DNA from: an uncultured Gemmatimonadota bacterium | GTDB taxonomy: Bacteria > Blakebacterota > Blakebacteria > Blakebacterales > Blakebacteraceae | Direction: 5' to 3' | Assembly: GCA_964576115.1 (NCBI GenBank) | Contig: CAZNUA010000018.1 | Coordinates: forward strand, 45,196-65,195 | DNA length: 20,000 bases | Part shown: positions 1 to 8,526 of the stretch, piece by piece | Numbering within the stretch: the first letter of the stretch is position 1 | Layout: each line of letters starts with the position of its first letter | The notes under the pieces: model-generated | What the model was told of the DNA's origin: nothing | What the model saw: only the letters and a program-made list of their open reading frames with translations | Databases searched by the model: none | Position numbers and translations under genes: made by a program

Positions 1-1
1 C

Positions 2-61
2 GGGCTGGTGATCGTGATGAGCACCCTGGCCGGTTTGTTCTACGGACTCCTGAGCGGCTGA
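2..61 (+). CDS. 3' end of a permease (ArsP/DUF318-like), partial
   Basis: Frame 2 reads GLVIVMSTLAGLFYGLLSG*, a hydrophobic C-terminal helix ending at TGA 59-61. It lies directly upstream of a small thioredoxin and ArsR, the usual context for DUF318 permeases. Only 19 codons are visible. Confidence 0.6.
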   Translation, partial: GLVIVMSTLAGLFYGLLSG

Positions 62-121
62 CCGGGCTGAACGCGGGAAAAGGAAGACGCTCACACGGAG
101 CAATGAAGGGGAGATAGACGC

Positions 122-373
122 ATGGGACTGCAGGTGAAAATTCTCGGACCGGGGTGCGCCAACTGCGACCGGCTCGAAGAAATGGTCCGCGCCGTCCTGG
201 CCGAGCTGGACATGGCCGCCGAACTCGACCACGTGCGCGATCCGATGGCGATCGCCGAGTGGGGGATGGTACAGACCCCGGCCCTGGTGGTGGGGAACCG
301 TATCGTGTGCTCCGGTCGGCTGCCCCATCCCGAGGATATCCGCGGGTGGCTACAGGAAGCCGCGGTCCGATGA
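122..373 (+). CDS. Small redox-active disulfide protein (MTH895/thioredoxin-like)
   Basis: 83 aa with KILGPGCANC (CxxC) and a VQTPALVV cis-Pro motif; GGGGAG RBS upstream. Confidence 0.92.
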   Translation: MGLQVKILGPGCANCDRLEEMVRAVLAELDMAAELDHVRDPMAIAEWGMVQTPALVVGNRIVCSGRLPHPEDIRGWLQEAAVR

Positions 374-705
374 GGGCGTCAGCTTCCGCGCCCGATCCCG
401 TCCGGATCTCCCACGAGGCCAGGCTTCTGGCCCTGCTGGGACAGTCCACCCGCCTGCGGCTGCTCTATATGCTGCGCGAGGGGGAGCGATGCGCCTGCGA
501 ACTCGATCCAGCCATGCCGGAAGACCAGTCGGTCATCAGCCGGCATCTCATCAAGATGCGCGAGGCGGGCCTGCTCTCCTGGCGCCGGGAAGGCGTCTCG
601 ATCTACTACCGTGTCCGCGATCAGCGTCTTTTCGATCTGCTGCAGCTCACCGACGATCTCATCCTGGGTGCGCTCGAAGAGAGCCGTGAGCACCTCAGGG
701 GCTGA
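370..705 (+). CDS. ArsR/SmtB family metalloregulator
   Basis: ATG at 370 overlaps the thioredoxin stop (ATGA). Motifs TRLRLL, ERCACEL (CxC), QSVISRHL..MREAGL and RREG..IYY match the ArsR winged helix. Confidence 0.9.
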   Translation: MRASASAPDPVRISHEARLLALLGQSTRLRLLYMLREGERCACELDPAMPEDQSVISRHLIKMREAGLLSWRREGVSIYYRVRDQRLFDLLQLTDDLILGALEESREHLRG

Positions 706-735
706 ATTCCGGAAACCGCCGGTTGCGCTCGCCGG

Positions 736-2361
736 TCAGGTCTCGTAATCGAACCAGTCGAAAGCGGCAGTGTTGCTACTCTCCTGCCCACCGCCGGTGG
801 CATAGAGACCGAAGTAGACGCCGGTGAATCCTCCGGCTACTTCCGAAGAGAGCCAGCGGCACTCGCCGGTTCCGACCGTCGTGTACGATCCACCCCCGAA
901 ACCGATACTGAAGGTGTAGGACTGCCGGTCGGCGGTGACCTGCAGTCGGACCGTTCCCGGTTCGAGTTCCCGGACCACCGTTTCAGCCCGCAGATCACCG
1001 ATTCGGCGCCGCAGAATGAGGCGGCGCCTTCCGTCGTGCCGGACCACGGCCAGATCGTAGTGATGGGATTCGTTCATGAAGACGGTCAGACCGGCCTCTT
1101 CGCCCTCCCGCTCCGGTTCGAAATTCAGGCGGGTTGAGGCCCGACAGTCGAAATGCTCCTGCCGCCGGCCGAGGAAAGCCGGGGCGCCGCCGTCGTCGAG
1201 GGTCACCGGCTCGCAGCGCAGGGTCAGAGATCCCGGCCGCGTGGTACGTGAATACGCTCCCGGAACCGGGTTGCGGATCGTATTCCATTCCGGACCCGGC
1301 CGATCGCCGTCGAAATCGTCGCGGACCGGTGCCGCCGGCCAGGGATGGGGTTCGAGGTCCGGAGCCGTCATCTCGAACTCGAGTGCCTCGCCGCCGTTGA
1401 TGACCGGCCAGCCGTCGGCGGTCCAGGTCACCGGGGCCAGGAAGGTCTCGCGTCCCAGGTGATGGTAGCCGGCCATCATCCCCATGACCTGGCGAATCCC
1501 GAGGCACACCAGCCACCAGGAGCCGTCATGGGCCTCGAGCAGGTCACCGTGACCGACGGCCTGGATCGGGTGGGTGACCCGGTGGCGGTGAGTGAGGATC
1601 GGATTGTGGGGGCAGCTTTCGTACGGGCCGGTCACCGAACGACTGCGGGCGATGACGATCATGTGTCCCCGGTGAGTTCCCCCCTCGGCCGCCAGCAGGT
1701 AGTAGAAGCCCTCCCGTTGGTACAGATGCGGGGCTTCGACGTAGGGGTCCTCGAGACCGGTGAAGATCAGGTGCGGCTGCCCCAGAAGTTCGCCCCGTCC
1801 GGGATCGAGCCGCCGGGTGACGATCCCCCCCCGCTCCCAGTCGTTGCGGGTGAACCAACAGGTGCCGTCGGTATCCCAGAACAGGTCGGGATCGAACTGC
1901 GGGCCGGCGACGGGAACCGGTTCCGACCACTCCCCGGCGGGATCCTCGGCGGTGACGTAGAAGTGCCCGCGCCCGCCCACCAGGGTGGTGATCAGCCAGA
2001 ATCGTCCGGCGTGATGGCGCAGGGTGGGGGCGAAGATGCCGTACGAACTCCTGATGCCCTCCAGCGGCAGCTGACTCGGGCGGGTCAGCGCGTGGCCGAT
2101 CGGGCGCCAGTGCACCAGGTCGCGGCTGTGGTAGAGCGGCACCCCGGGGAAATATTCGAAACTGCTGGTGGCCAGATAATACTCCCCGCCGACCCGGCAG
2201 ATGCTCGGATCGGGATGGAAACCGGGAATGATCGGGTTGGTGAAGGTGGTCACGGTCTGTTCTCCGGCAGCTCGGTCCGGGGCGGGTGATCCGTGCCGCC
2301 GGCCGAGCCCCAGACCCATCATCCCGGCGGCTGAGAGCTGCAGGAAACCTCGCCGTTTCAT
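736..2361 (-). CDS. Glycoside hydrolase family 43 (beta-xylosidase/arabinofuranosidase) with C-terminal beta-sandwich, Tat-exported
   Basis: NPIIPGFHPDPSI, ATSSFEYFPGVP, IFAPTLR, FDPDLF, VEAPH, AAEGGT, HLGRET and a C-terminal GGFTG motif. N-terminal MKRRGFLQ twin-arginine motif. Confidence 0.95.
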   Translation of the reverse strand: MKRRGFLQLSAAGMMGLGLGRRHGSPAPDRAAGEQTVTTFTNPIIPGFHPDPSICRVGGEYYLATSSFEYFPGVPLYHSRDLVHWRPIGHALTRPSQLPLEGIRSSYGIFAPTLRHHAGRFWLITTLVGGRGHFYVTAEDPAGEWSEPVPVAGPQFDPDLFWDTDGTCWFTRNDWERGGIVTRRLDPGRGELLGQPHLIFTGLEDPYVEAPHLYQREGFYYLLAAEGGTHRGHMIVIARSRSVTGPYESCPHNPILTHRHRVTHPIQAVGHGDLLEAHDGSWWLVCLGIRQVMGMMAGYHHLGRETFLAPVTWTADGWPVINGGEALEFEMTAPDLEPHPWPAAPVRDDFDGDRPGPEWNTIRNPVPGAYSRTTRPGSLTLRCEPVTLDDGGAPAFLGRRQEHFDCRASTRLNFEPEREGEEAGLTVFMNESHHYDLAVVRHDGRRRLILRRRIGDLRAETVVRELEPGTVRLQVTADRQSYTFSIGFGGGSYTTVGTGECRWLSSEVAGGFTGVYFGLYATGGGQESSNTAAFDWFDYET

Positions 2362-2379
2362 ATCAACCCGGTCGATCCT

Positions 2380-3519
2380 TCATCGCAGGGCATACCCCTC
2401 CAGCCATTCCGAGCCCCATTTCCCGCTCCGGGTCGAGATCGTCATGATCGAGCTCCCCGGAGAGAGCCGGCGGTAGAGACTCTCGGTCACGGTTATCTTC
2501 TCGGTCTGTTGTCCCGCGCGCCACGACTGGACGATGGCGTGGTAGCTCTCGTCATCGTCGGAGGTGCTGATATACCTGTCCACGACTCTCACCTCGTGTT
2601 CGATAGCGGGCGAGGTATCGAGAGCGCCGTTGGTCCAGATCTTTACGCCGGCGCCGGCCAGCGGAAAACCGAAAAGGGCAAGCAGAGCAACCAGAAAGAA
2701 CTCCCGGTGCGAGGCGGAGCGGCCTTTGAGCAGGGAGAAGGCGAAGTAGAGAAAGAGCAGGAACAGGGGGATGCTGAGCAGGAGCCCGCTCAGTGCCAGG
2801 GGCCAGCCATCGAGCGGGGTATAGGTTGTCAGACCGATCACGAGGGCCGCGACGCCGAGCAGGTCGACGGCGATCGGGATTGCGAAGGCGACCACCCGGC
2901 GGGCTTTCCAGCCCGATTCGGAGCTGGTGATCATGAAGGCCTCGGGCAGGCTGGCGTGCAGTCTGACGAGCAGCCCGGCGACCTGCTGCAGTCTAGCCCG
3001 ATCCATGTCCCGCTTGTGCCGGAAGGGCGTCCAGACCGACTTGAGCGCTTTCCGGTTCAACTCGATCGAGGTGAAGCCGAGGTCGTGAATCTCGCGGATC
3101 AACTGCCGTGTCGCCGAAGAACCCAGCACGGTTCGCATGTATTCGGTGGCGCTGCTGGTGATGTAAAAGGTCTCGTCGAACTCGGGGTCGCCGGTCTTGA
3201 GCTCCACGTTCAGGCCGAGCTTTTCGGCGAAGCGGTCGAAACCGGACTCTCGTGACACTTTGAAGGTCACCGTCGAGGGATGAGCCACCTTGACGGTGTA
3301 GGAGGAAGGGGAGTTCTTCGAACCGGGGTGGTAGTGGTAGGAGTAGGCGACTCCGTCGTGTTCGCCGCTGCCGTTGCGGGGGAACCCCTCCTCCTCCCCG
3401 CCGCCCGCAAAGAGTCCTCCCGCCGACTGCCTCCGCTTCAGAATCACCACCAGGATGGCCGCTGTGATACCGATCGAAACGACCATCATCAGGATGATGA
3501 AGATCATTGGATTGTCCAT
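2380..3519 (-). CDS. Uncharacterised integral membrane protein
   Basis: 379 aa ORF with GGAGG RBS. One N-terminal TM, a ~170 aa soluble region, three further TMs and a beta-rich C-terminus. Confidence 0.8.
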   Translation of the reverse strand: MDNPMIFIILMMVVSIGITAAILVVILKRRQSAGGLFAGGGEEEGFPRNGSGEHDGVAYSYHYHPGSKNSPSSYTVKVAHPSTVTFKVSRESGFDRFAEKLGLNVELKTGDPEFDETFYITSSATEYMRTVLGSSATRQLIREIHDLGFTSIELNRKALKSVWTPFRHKRDMDRARLQQVAGLLVRLHASLPEAFMITSSESGWKARRVVAFAIPIAVDLLGVAALVIGLTTYTPLDGWPLALSGLLLSIPLFLLFLYFAFSLLKGRSASHREFFLVALLALFGFPLAGAGVKIWTNGALDTSPAIEHEVRVVDRYISTSDDDESYHAIVQSWRAGQQTEKITVTESLYRRLSPGSSIMTISTRSGKWGSEWLEGYALR

Positions 3520-3549
3520 GACGTCGAAATCCTCCGGTTATGGATTTCG

Positions 3550-3555
3550 AGTATA
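3550..3555 (-). promoter_or_regulatory. Candidate sigma70 -10 box (TATACT) for the membrane protein gene
   Basis: TATACT on the minus strand about 30 nt upstream of ATG 3519. The -35 match is weak. Confidence 0.4.
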
Positions 3556-3587
3556 TCCGGTCCGGTCTCAGGGTGCGAGGGCCGGGC

Positions 3588-4898
3588 TCAGCCCCCGATC
3601 GCCCAGCGCACGAAGTTCTTCAGTTTCGGCGGAGTGCCCTGCATCAGGATCGCCCCCCGGAAGACCCGGCCGCTGATCCAGACCAGCAACAGGGTAAAGA
3701 GGACCGAACCGCCGAAGCCGGCCCAGACCTGCCAGCCGGGAACCCCTTCGGGGGTGGCCATGCGCATCAGCAGCAGGGTGGGGGTGAAGGGGGGGATGAG
3801 CGAGAAGAGTGTGGCGAAGGTGGCGTTGGGAGCCTGCAGGATCGGCATCGTGAAGAACAACGGGATCATGATGGGCAGCATGGCCGGGAAGGTGACGTTC
3901 TGGGCTTCCGAGGGGTCGTTGCACATCGCTCCCAGAGCGGCCAGCAGAGCGCCGTACATGAAGATCGCCACGATGACGTAGAGCAGGAACCAGGGCAGGA
4001 TGTTCCAGGGGATGAACCTTTCCAGGTGGACATTGCGCAGAACCACGACCGCGACCGTGAGATAAACCGTCCAGGCCGTCAGGGCCACCGCGACCCCGCC
4101 CAGGAGCTTGCCCATCATGAAATCGAAGGGGCGGATCGAACCGAGGATCACCTCGGCGATGCGGTTGCTCTTCTCTTCCATGACCGCCTGCAGCTGCGGT
4201 ACCGCCGCCATCATGATCATCAGGAACATCAGCAACATGACGGCGATCGGCACCAGGATCGTCTCGAGCTCGCTGGCCTGCTCCGCCTGGCCGATCTCGC
4301 CGGTGGCTTCGTCGGTCGAGACCAGGCCCATGCCGGCCACATCGATCCAGGCGAAGAGGTCGGGGACCTGCTCGGTATTCACTCCCGCCTCGACCAGCCG
4401 CAGGCGCCTGAGTTCGTTGTTGATCACCGAACTGAACCAGCCCCGGTTCTCGTCGATGGCCGCGTTCGGGGCATGATATCCGATCCGGTCACGTTCGCTC
4501 CCGGTGGGATGGAGCACCCCCGGGCCGATCTCGATGAAGGCGTGCAGTTCGTTACCGCGCACGCGTTCGGACAGCGCGAACCGCTGGCCGTCGGGATCGG
4601 CCTCGTCGGGCGGCACGATCTCGATCAGGTAGGCGGGCACACGGCGGTTGCTTGCTTCTGCGAGCAGGGCGGCATTGCGCTCCCCGGCTGCCGCAGTGAT
4701 GACTTCGGCCATCAGGCCGGAGCGGTCGACGACGGCGAACTGCTTGTCGGCGGTATCCACCCGGCCTTCCATCAGGGCGAACACGATCCCGCTGCCGCCC
4801 ATAAAGACCGGCGCGACGAGCAGGCCGATGATGAAACCCTTGGTGCGGACGGTGGCGAGGTATTCACGGCGGGTGACCTTGAGCATCTTACTCATCAT
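3588..4898 (-). CDS. ABC-2 type exporter permease (NatB/YhaP-like)
   Basis: RREYLATVRTKGF N-terminus, large extracytoplasmic loop, EEKSNRIAEV..GS..PFDFMMGKLLG, SLIPPFTP..LMR. Start overlaps the ATPase stop (ATG at 4898 or 4895). Confidence 0.92.
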   Translation of the reverse strand: MMSKMLKVTRREYLATVRTKGFIIGLLVAPVFMGGSGIVFALMEGRVDTADKQFAVVDRSGLMAEVITAAAGERNAALLAEASNRRVPAYLIEIVPPDEADPDGQRFALSERVRGNELHAFIEIGPGVLHPTGSERDRIGYHAPNAAIDENRGWFSSVINNELRRLRLVEAGVNTEQVPDLFAWIDVAGMGLVSTDEATGEIGQAEQASELETILVPIAVMLLMFLMIMMAAVPQLQAVMEEKSNRIAEVILGSIRPFDFMMGKLLGGVAVALTAWTVYLTVAVVVLRNVHLERFIPWNILPWFLLYVIVAIFMYGALLAALGAMCNDPSEAQNVTFPAMLPIMIPLFFTMPILQAPNATFATLFSLIPPFTPTLLLMRMATPEGVPGWQVWAGFGGSVLFTLLLVWISGRVFRGAILMQGTPPKLKNFVRWAIGG

Positions 4899-5802
4899 CC
4901 GCCTCCTCTCCCGCTTCGGGGCCGGCAATCCTGACGAAGATGTCGTGCAGAGACGGGCTCATGATCTCGAAGAGCTCGACCCGGGCCCGGCTCACGATCT
5001 GTTCGAGCAGGGCCTGTGGATCAGCCTCCCGGCTCAGCTTCAGCTCCTGCTCGCGGCCGTAGTCGATCACCTTTTCCACCCCCGGCAGATTGTCGAGTGC
5101 TCCCTGCCCGTCACCGAGGCGCAGGCGGATGGTATCGTGGCCGTAGGTGTTCTGGATCGATTCCAGGGAGCCGTCGAGCACCTTCTGACCCCGAAAGATC
5201 ATGAAGATGAAATCGCACATCCGTTCGGCCGTTTCCATGTCGTGGGTGCTGAAAATGACCGTCGCACCCTGCCGGCGCATCTCCAGGATCGCCTCGCGGA
5301 TCACGTCGGTATTGACCGGATCCAGACCGGTGAAAGGCTCATCGAGGATGATGAGATCGGGGGCGGCCACGACGGTGGAGATGAACTGCACTTTCTGGCT
5401 CATCCCCTTGCTCAACTCCTCCACCTTGCGGTTGGCCCAGTCGGTCAGGTCGAGTCGCTCCAGCCAGCTGTCGGCTGCCTGCGGTACATTCCGGCCGCCT
5501 TTCAGATCCCCGTAAAAGCAGAGCAGTTCGCGCACCTTCATGCGCTTGTACAGACCGCGCTCCTCGGGCATATAGCCGATCCGGTCGGTGGCCGCACCGG
5601 TGCGCTCGGAGCCGAAAACACGTATCCGCCCCCGGTCAGGGTAGAAGATGTTCATGATCATTCGCAGAGTGGTGGTCTTCCCCGAGCCGTTCGGTCCGAT
5701 GAAGCCGTAGACCGTTCCCTCCGGAACAGCGAGGGTCAGGTCCTCGACGGCGGTCACTTTACCGAAGGTTTTCGTCACTCCTTCGATCTCGACTGCGTGC
5801 AT
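4888..5802 (-). CDS. ABC transporter ATP-binding protein (NatA/YhaQ-like, DUF4162-type C-terminus)
   Basis: Walker A GPNGSGKT, signature LSKGM, Walker B IILDEP, H-loop STH, C-terminal PSLHDIF. Confidence 0.96.
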   Translation of the reverse strand: MHAVEIEGVTKTFGKVTAVEDLTLAVPEGTVYGFIGPNGSGKTTTLRMIMNIFYPDRGRIRVFGSERTGAATDRIGYMPEERGLYKRMKVRELLCFYGDLKGGRNVPQAADSWLERLDLTDWANRKVEELSKGMSQKVQFISTVVAAPDLIILDEPFTGLDPVNTDVIREAILEMRRQGATVIFSTHDMETAERMCDFIFMIFRGQKVLDGSLESIQNTYGHDTIRLRLGDGQGALDNLPGVEKVIDYGREQELKLSREADPQALLEQIVSRARVELFEIMSPSLHDIFVRIAGPEAGEEADDE

Positions 5803-5908
5803 GCAAGACACTCCGGGCCGCGGGTGGCGGATTCCGACCTTCTCACGGGTCAGGTTCCTCTGATATACGTCAGAATAGGCACGTTCTCTTCAGGGGAATC
5901 CGACGTGT

Positions 5909-6241
5909 ATGGCAACTGAATCAGAAGTGACAATCTTCGCTCCCGGCGATTTGCCTCCCGAGGGGGAATACCGCATTCTGGCGGAGGCTGAACGGAGCTG
6001 GATCGTCGCCGTCGTTGAGGGACGCCCCTATGCTTTCCGGAATCGTTGCGGCCACATACCCCAACGGATGGACGGCGGGCGACTTCAGGGGCGGATCTGG
6101 CGCTGTCCACACCACGGCATCCGCTACGATATCGGCACCGGAGAGGTTGTCGACGATCGGGGTTTCAACTTCATCCAGCCTCTCGAGATCGTAGCCTGTG
6201 AACTTCTGGATGGTTCGCTCGTCCTGCAGACCGGGGAGTGA
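5909..6241 (+). CDS. Rieske [2Fe-2S] ferredoxin
   Basis: NRCGH (CxH) and CPHHG (CxxH) followed by YDIGTG; 110 aa. Confidence 0.92.
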   Translation: MATESEVTIFAPGDLPPEGEYRILAEAERSWIVAVVEGRPYAFRNRCGHIPQRMDGGRLQGRIWRCPHHGIRYDIGTGEVVDDRGFNFIQPLEIVACELLDGSLVLQTGE

Positions 6242-6297
6242 AAGAAGCATATAGACATCCCGTTCGGGATCGTCTGTGTTACCGGAGGATCTACGTC

Positions 6298-6981
6298 ATG
6301 TATCGGTATTGTCTTGCAGGCCTGATGATTGCCCTGCTCGCCGGTTGTGCGGCGCGCGGAAGGGTGCCGGCCGGTTCTGAGGCCCGGACCGGCCCGCTGG
6401 CCATCACCCACCGGGGGCGGGGGGCCTGGATCTTCGAACGGATCGTCATCGACAGTACCGGTACGCCAGGTGCGCCCGAGATCGTCCGGATCGATATCGC
6501 CGACGGTGGAGTCCTCGAAGCGGGCCGGCCGGACGTGGAGGGTGATTGCCCCGATCCCGGAGACATCACCACTCCCGTCTGGCGGATCCGGTTCCTGACC
6601 GGCGATGACTGCTTTCTCTTCGAAACCGAACGGGGGCTGTACCAGGCCTTCAGCCGCAGGCTCCACTCGGCCCGGCGCCTGCTGACCTCGCAGTACCGGT
6701 ACGAAGTGATCTGGCGTTCAGGCGTTACCGACCTGTTCCGGATCGCCTCGATAGAGCGTGAGACCATCTTTGGTAAGGAGTACGAGGTCGTGGAGGTGTA
6801 TCACGAGGCCGGTATCCGGGAACCGATCATCTACCGCTGGGCGATCGGTCTGGGACTCATCTACTACGAGCATCCGGACCACCTGGCCCGGTACTATCGC
6901 CGGTCCACCACCCGCACGCCGCAGCGCATCTGGATCAATCGTTCCCGGATTACCTACCGACTGGTCGAAATCGCCCGCTGA
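6298..6981 (+). CDS. Hypothetical lipoprotein
   Basis: GGAGG RBS before ATG 6298; signal peptide with lipobox LLAGC; beta-rich with a C-terminal YRWAIGLGLIYY motif. Confidence 0.75.
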   Translation: MYRYCLAGLMIALLAGCAARGRVPAGSEARTGPLAITHRGRGAWIFERIVIDSTGTPGAPEIVRIDIADGGVLEAGRPDVEGDCPDPGDITTPVWRIRFLTGDDCFLFETERGLYQAFSRRLHSARRLLTSQYRYEVIWRSGVTDLFRIASIERETIFGKEYEVVEVYHEAGIREPIIYRWAIGLGLIYYEHPDHLARYYRRSTTRTPQRIWINRSRITYRLVEIAR

Positions 6982-7716
6982 TCAGCGCCCCCCCGAGATG
7001 ATCTCGACCCTCGAGGCCATGCTGTATCCGGTCGACCCGATGTACGCGTAATAGGTCTGACCGTGACCGGTGATGGCCATCCGGTTGACCGCGAAAGTCC
7101 GCAGGTAGTAGAGCTCCGCCGGCGGATAGCCGCTGATTTCGCGTGAAGTCGTCGTACTCGGCAGCAGCCACGATTCCATTACAGAAGGATCGAGGTTGTA
7201 ATTGCTGACACTGACCACGACATGAGACGCAGCGGCGGTCTCGTGAGCCAGGGTCCAGGTCAGATCGAAGGGCTGGCTGACCTGCGATTCATCCGCCGGG
7301 GCCGTAATCGTGGCCACGGCATCGGGAGTCGCAGTCGGGCCGCCGGTATAGGTCTGATCACCGATCGTGATCGAAACCGAGATCTCATCCCCGGCGTCTT
7401 GAGACCAGTTTTCACTTTCCGGCATGTACCTCCCGACCAGGTGATAATCGCCCGGCGGGTGGTAGGTCAGAGTCACTTCATCACTGGTGGTGTTGTTGGT
7501 AACCACCACCGTGGCGTCGGTGACGGGGGTACCGCCGGTGATGGGGTTCCAGAAGTCATCGGTCGAGGTGGTGGCATCGGTGTTGTAGATGAAGAAGGTC
7601 GGCCAGGAGAAGTAACCGACGATCTCGTACCGGCCGGTCGTCTCGTTTTTCTCACAGCCGTTCGAGAAGATCAGGACCAGGCCGAAGGCGGCGGCCAGAG
7701 CCAGAACGCGTTTCAT
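6982..7716 (-). CDS. Lipoprotein, DUF4249-like
   Basis: GGGAGGG RBS before ATG 7716; MKRVLALAAAFGLVLIFSNGC signal. The pattern PVTDATVVVTN...GRY...GDEISVSITIGDQTY resembles DUF4249 (by eye). Confidence 0.7.
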   Translation of the reverse strand: MKRVLALAAAFGLVLIFSNGCEKNETTGRYEIVGYFSWPTFFIYNTDATTSTDDFWNPITGGTPVTDATVVVTNNTTSDEVTLTYHPPGDYHLVGRYMPESENWSQDAGDEISVSITIGDQTYTGGPTATPDAVATITAPADESQVSQPFDLTWTLAHETAAASHVVVSVSNYNLDPSVMESWLLPSTTTSREISGYPPAELYYLRTFAVNRMAITGHGQTYYAYIGSTGYSMASRVEIISGGR

Positions 7717-7755
7717 GTATCCCTCCCTTGAAGGTGCTTTCCCGGAATCCGGAAG

Positions 7756-7784
7756 AATGTAACAACCCGTTCCAGGAGGAGCAA
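7756..7784 (-). promoter_or_regulatory. Candidate sigma70 promoter for the lipoprotein gene
   Basis: TTGCTC-N17-TACATT with a TGn extension, about 40 nt upstream of the start. Confidence 0.5.
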
Positions 7785-7886
7785 ACGGTATGAAAAGGCC
7801 GTGACGGAACGATGACATCGGGGGTGGGACGTACACTACCCGGACAGGAATATGCCCCGCATCTTTTGCACTCTGGAGGTTCCCGG

Positions 7887-8456
7887 ATGGAATTCCTGCA
7901 GACCCTGCCTGTCTGGGCGGTCGCCCTCGTCATCTTCCTGTTGCGTCTGATCGATGTTCCCCTCGGGACCTTCCGGACCATCTCGGTCGTTCTGGGGCGG
8001 ATCAAGATATCTGTCGTGCTCGGCTTTTTCGAAGTTGCCATCTGGGTACTTGCCATCTCCCAGGTCGTGGCCGAGATAGATCATCATCCCTTCCTGGTAC
8101 TGTTTTATGCCGGCGGTTTCGCCGCCGGCAACGCGCTCGGCATCTACCTCGAACGCCGCTTCTCGCCGGGAATGTACACTGTCAGGATCATCTCCACTCA
8201 GCGGGCGCAGGAGATCATGAACGCCTTGCGGGATCACTGCGTCGTTCTGGCCCGACTCAGCGGAGAAGGCCCGCAGGGTCCGGTAAACCTGATCTACCTG
8301 ACCACCCCCCATCGCCAGATTGCCGGGGTTCTGCAAACGGCCCGCGACATCGATCCCGACCTCTTCTTTCTCATCGAGCGGGTTCAAGCCTGGAGCGCAA
8401 ACCTGAAGCCGATCACCAACCCGACCGGCTGGCGGGCGGTGATCAAGAAGAAGTAA
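7887..8456 (+). CDS. UPF0316 / DUF2179-DUF5698 membrane protein
   Basis: IFLLRLIDVPLGTFR, LGFFEVAIW, YAGGFAAGNALG, C-terminal IDPDLF; GGAGG RBS before ATG 7887. Confidence 0.88.
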   Translation: MEFLQTLPVWAVALVIFLLRLIDVPLGTFRTISVVLGRIKISVVLGFFEVAIWVLAISQVVAEIDHHPFLVLFYAGGFAAGNALGIYLERRFSPGMYTVRIISTQRAQEIMNALRDHCVVLARLSGEGPQGPVNLIYLTTPHRQIAGVLQTARDIDPDLFFLIERVQAWSANLKPITNPTGWRAVIKKK

Positions 8457-8526
8457 AGTCGGTTCGGATCGAGTCCGGGAGACAGAACGCAACCTGGATG
8501 CCTCCAACACGGTATGTAGGGGTGAG

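Noticed and set aside
154-369. N-terminal extension of ArsR in the 183 aa ORF
   Set aside because: Overlaps the thioredoxin gene and is Arg/Gly-rich; ATG 370 gives a normal ArsR.
6979-6984. Abutting convergent stop codons (TGATCA) with no intergenic space
   Set aside because: Common in compact genomes; no further signal.
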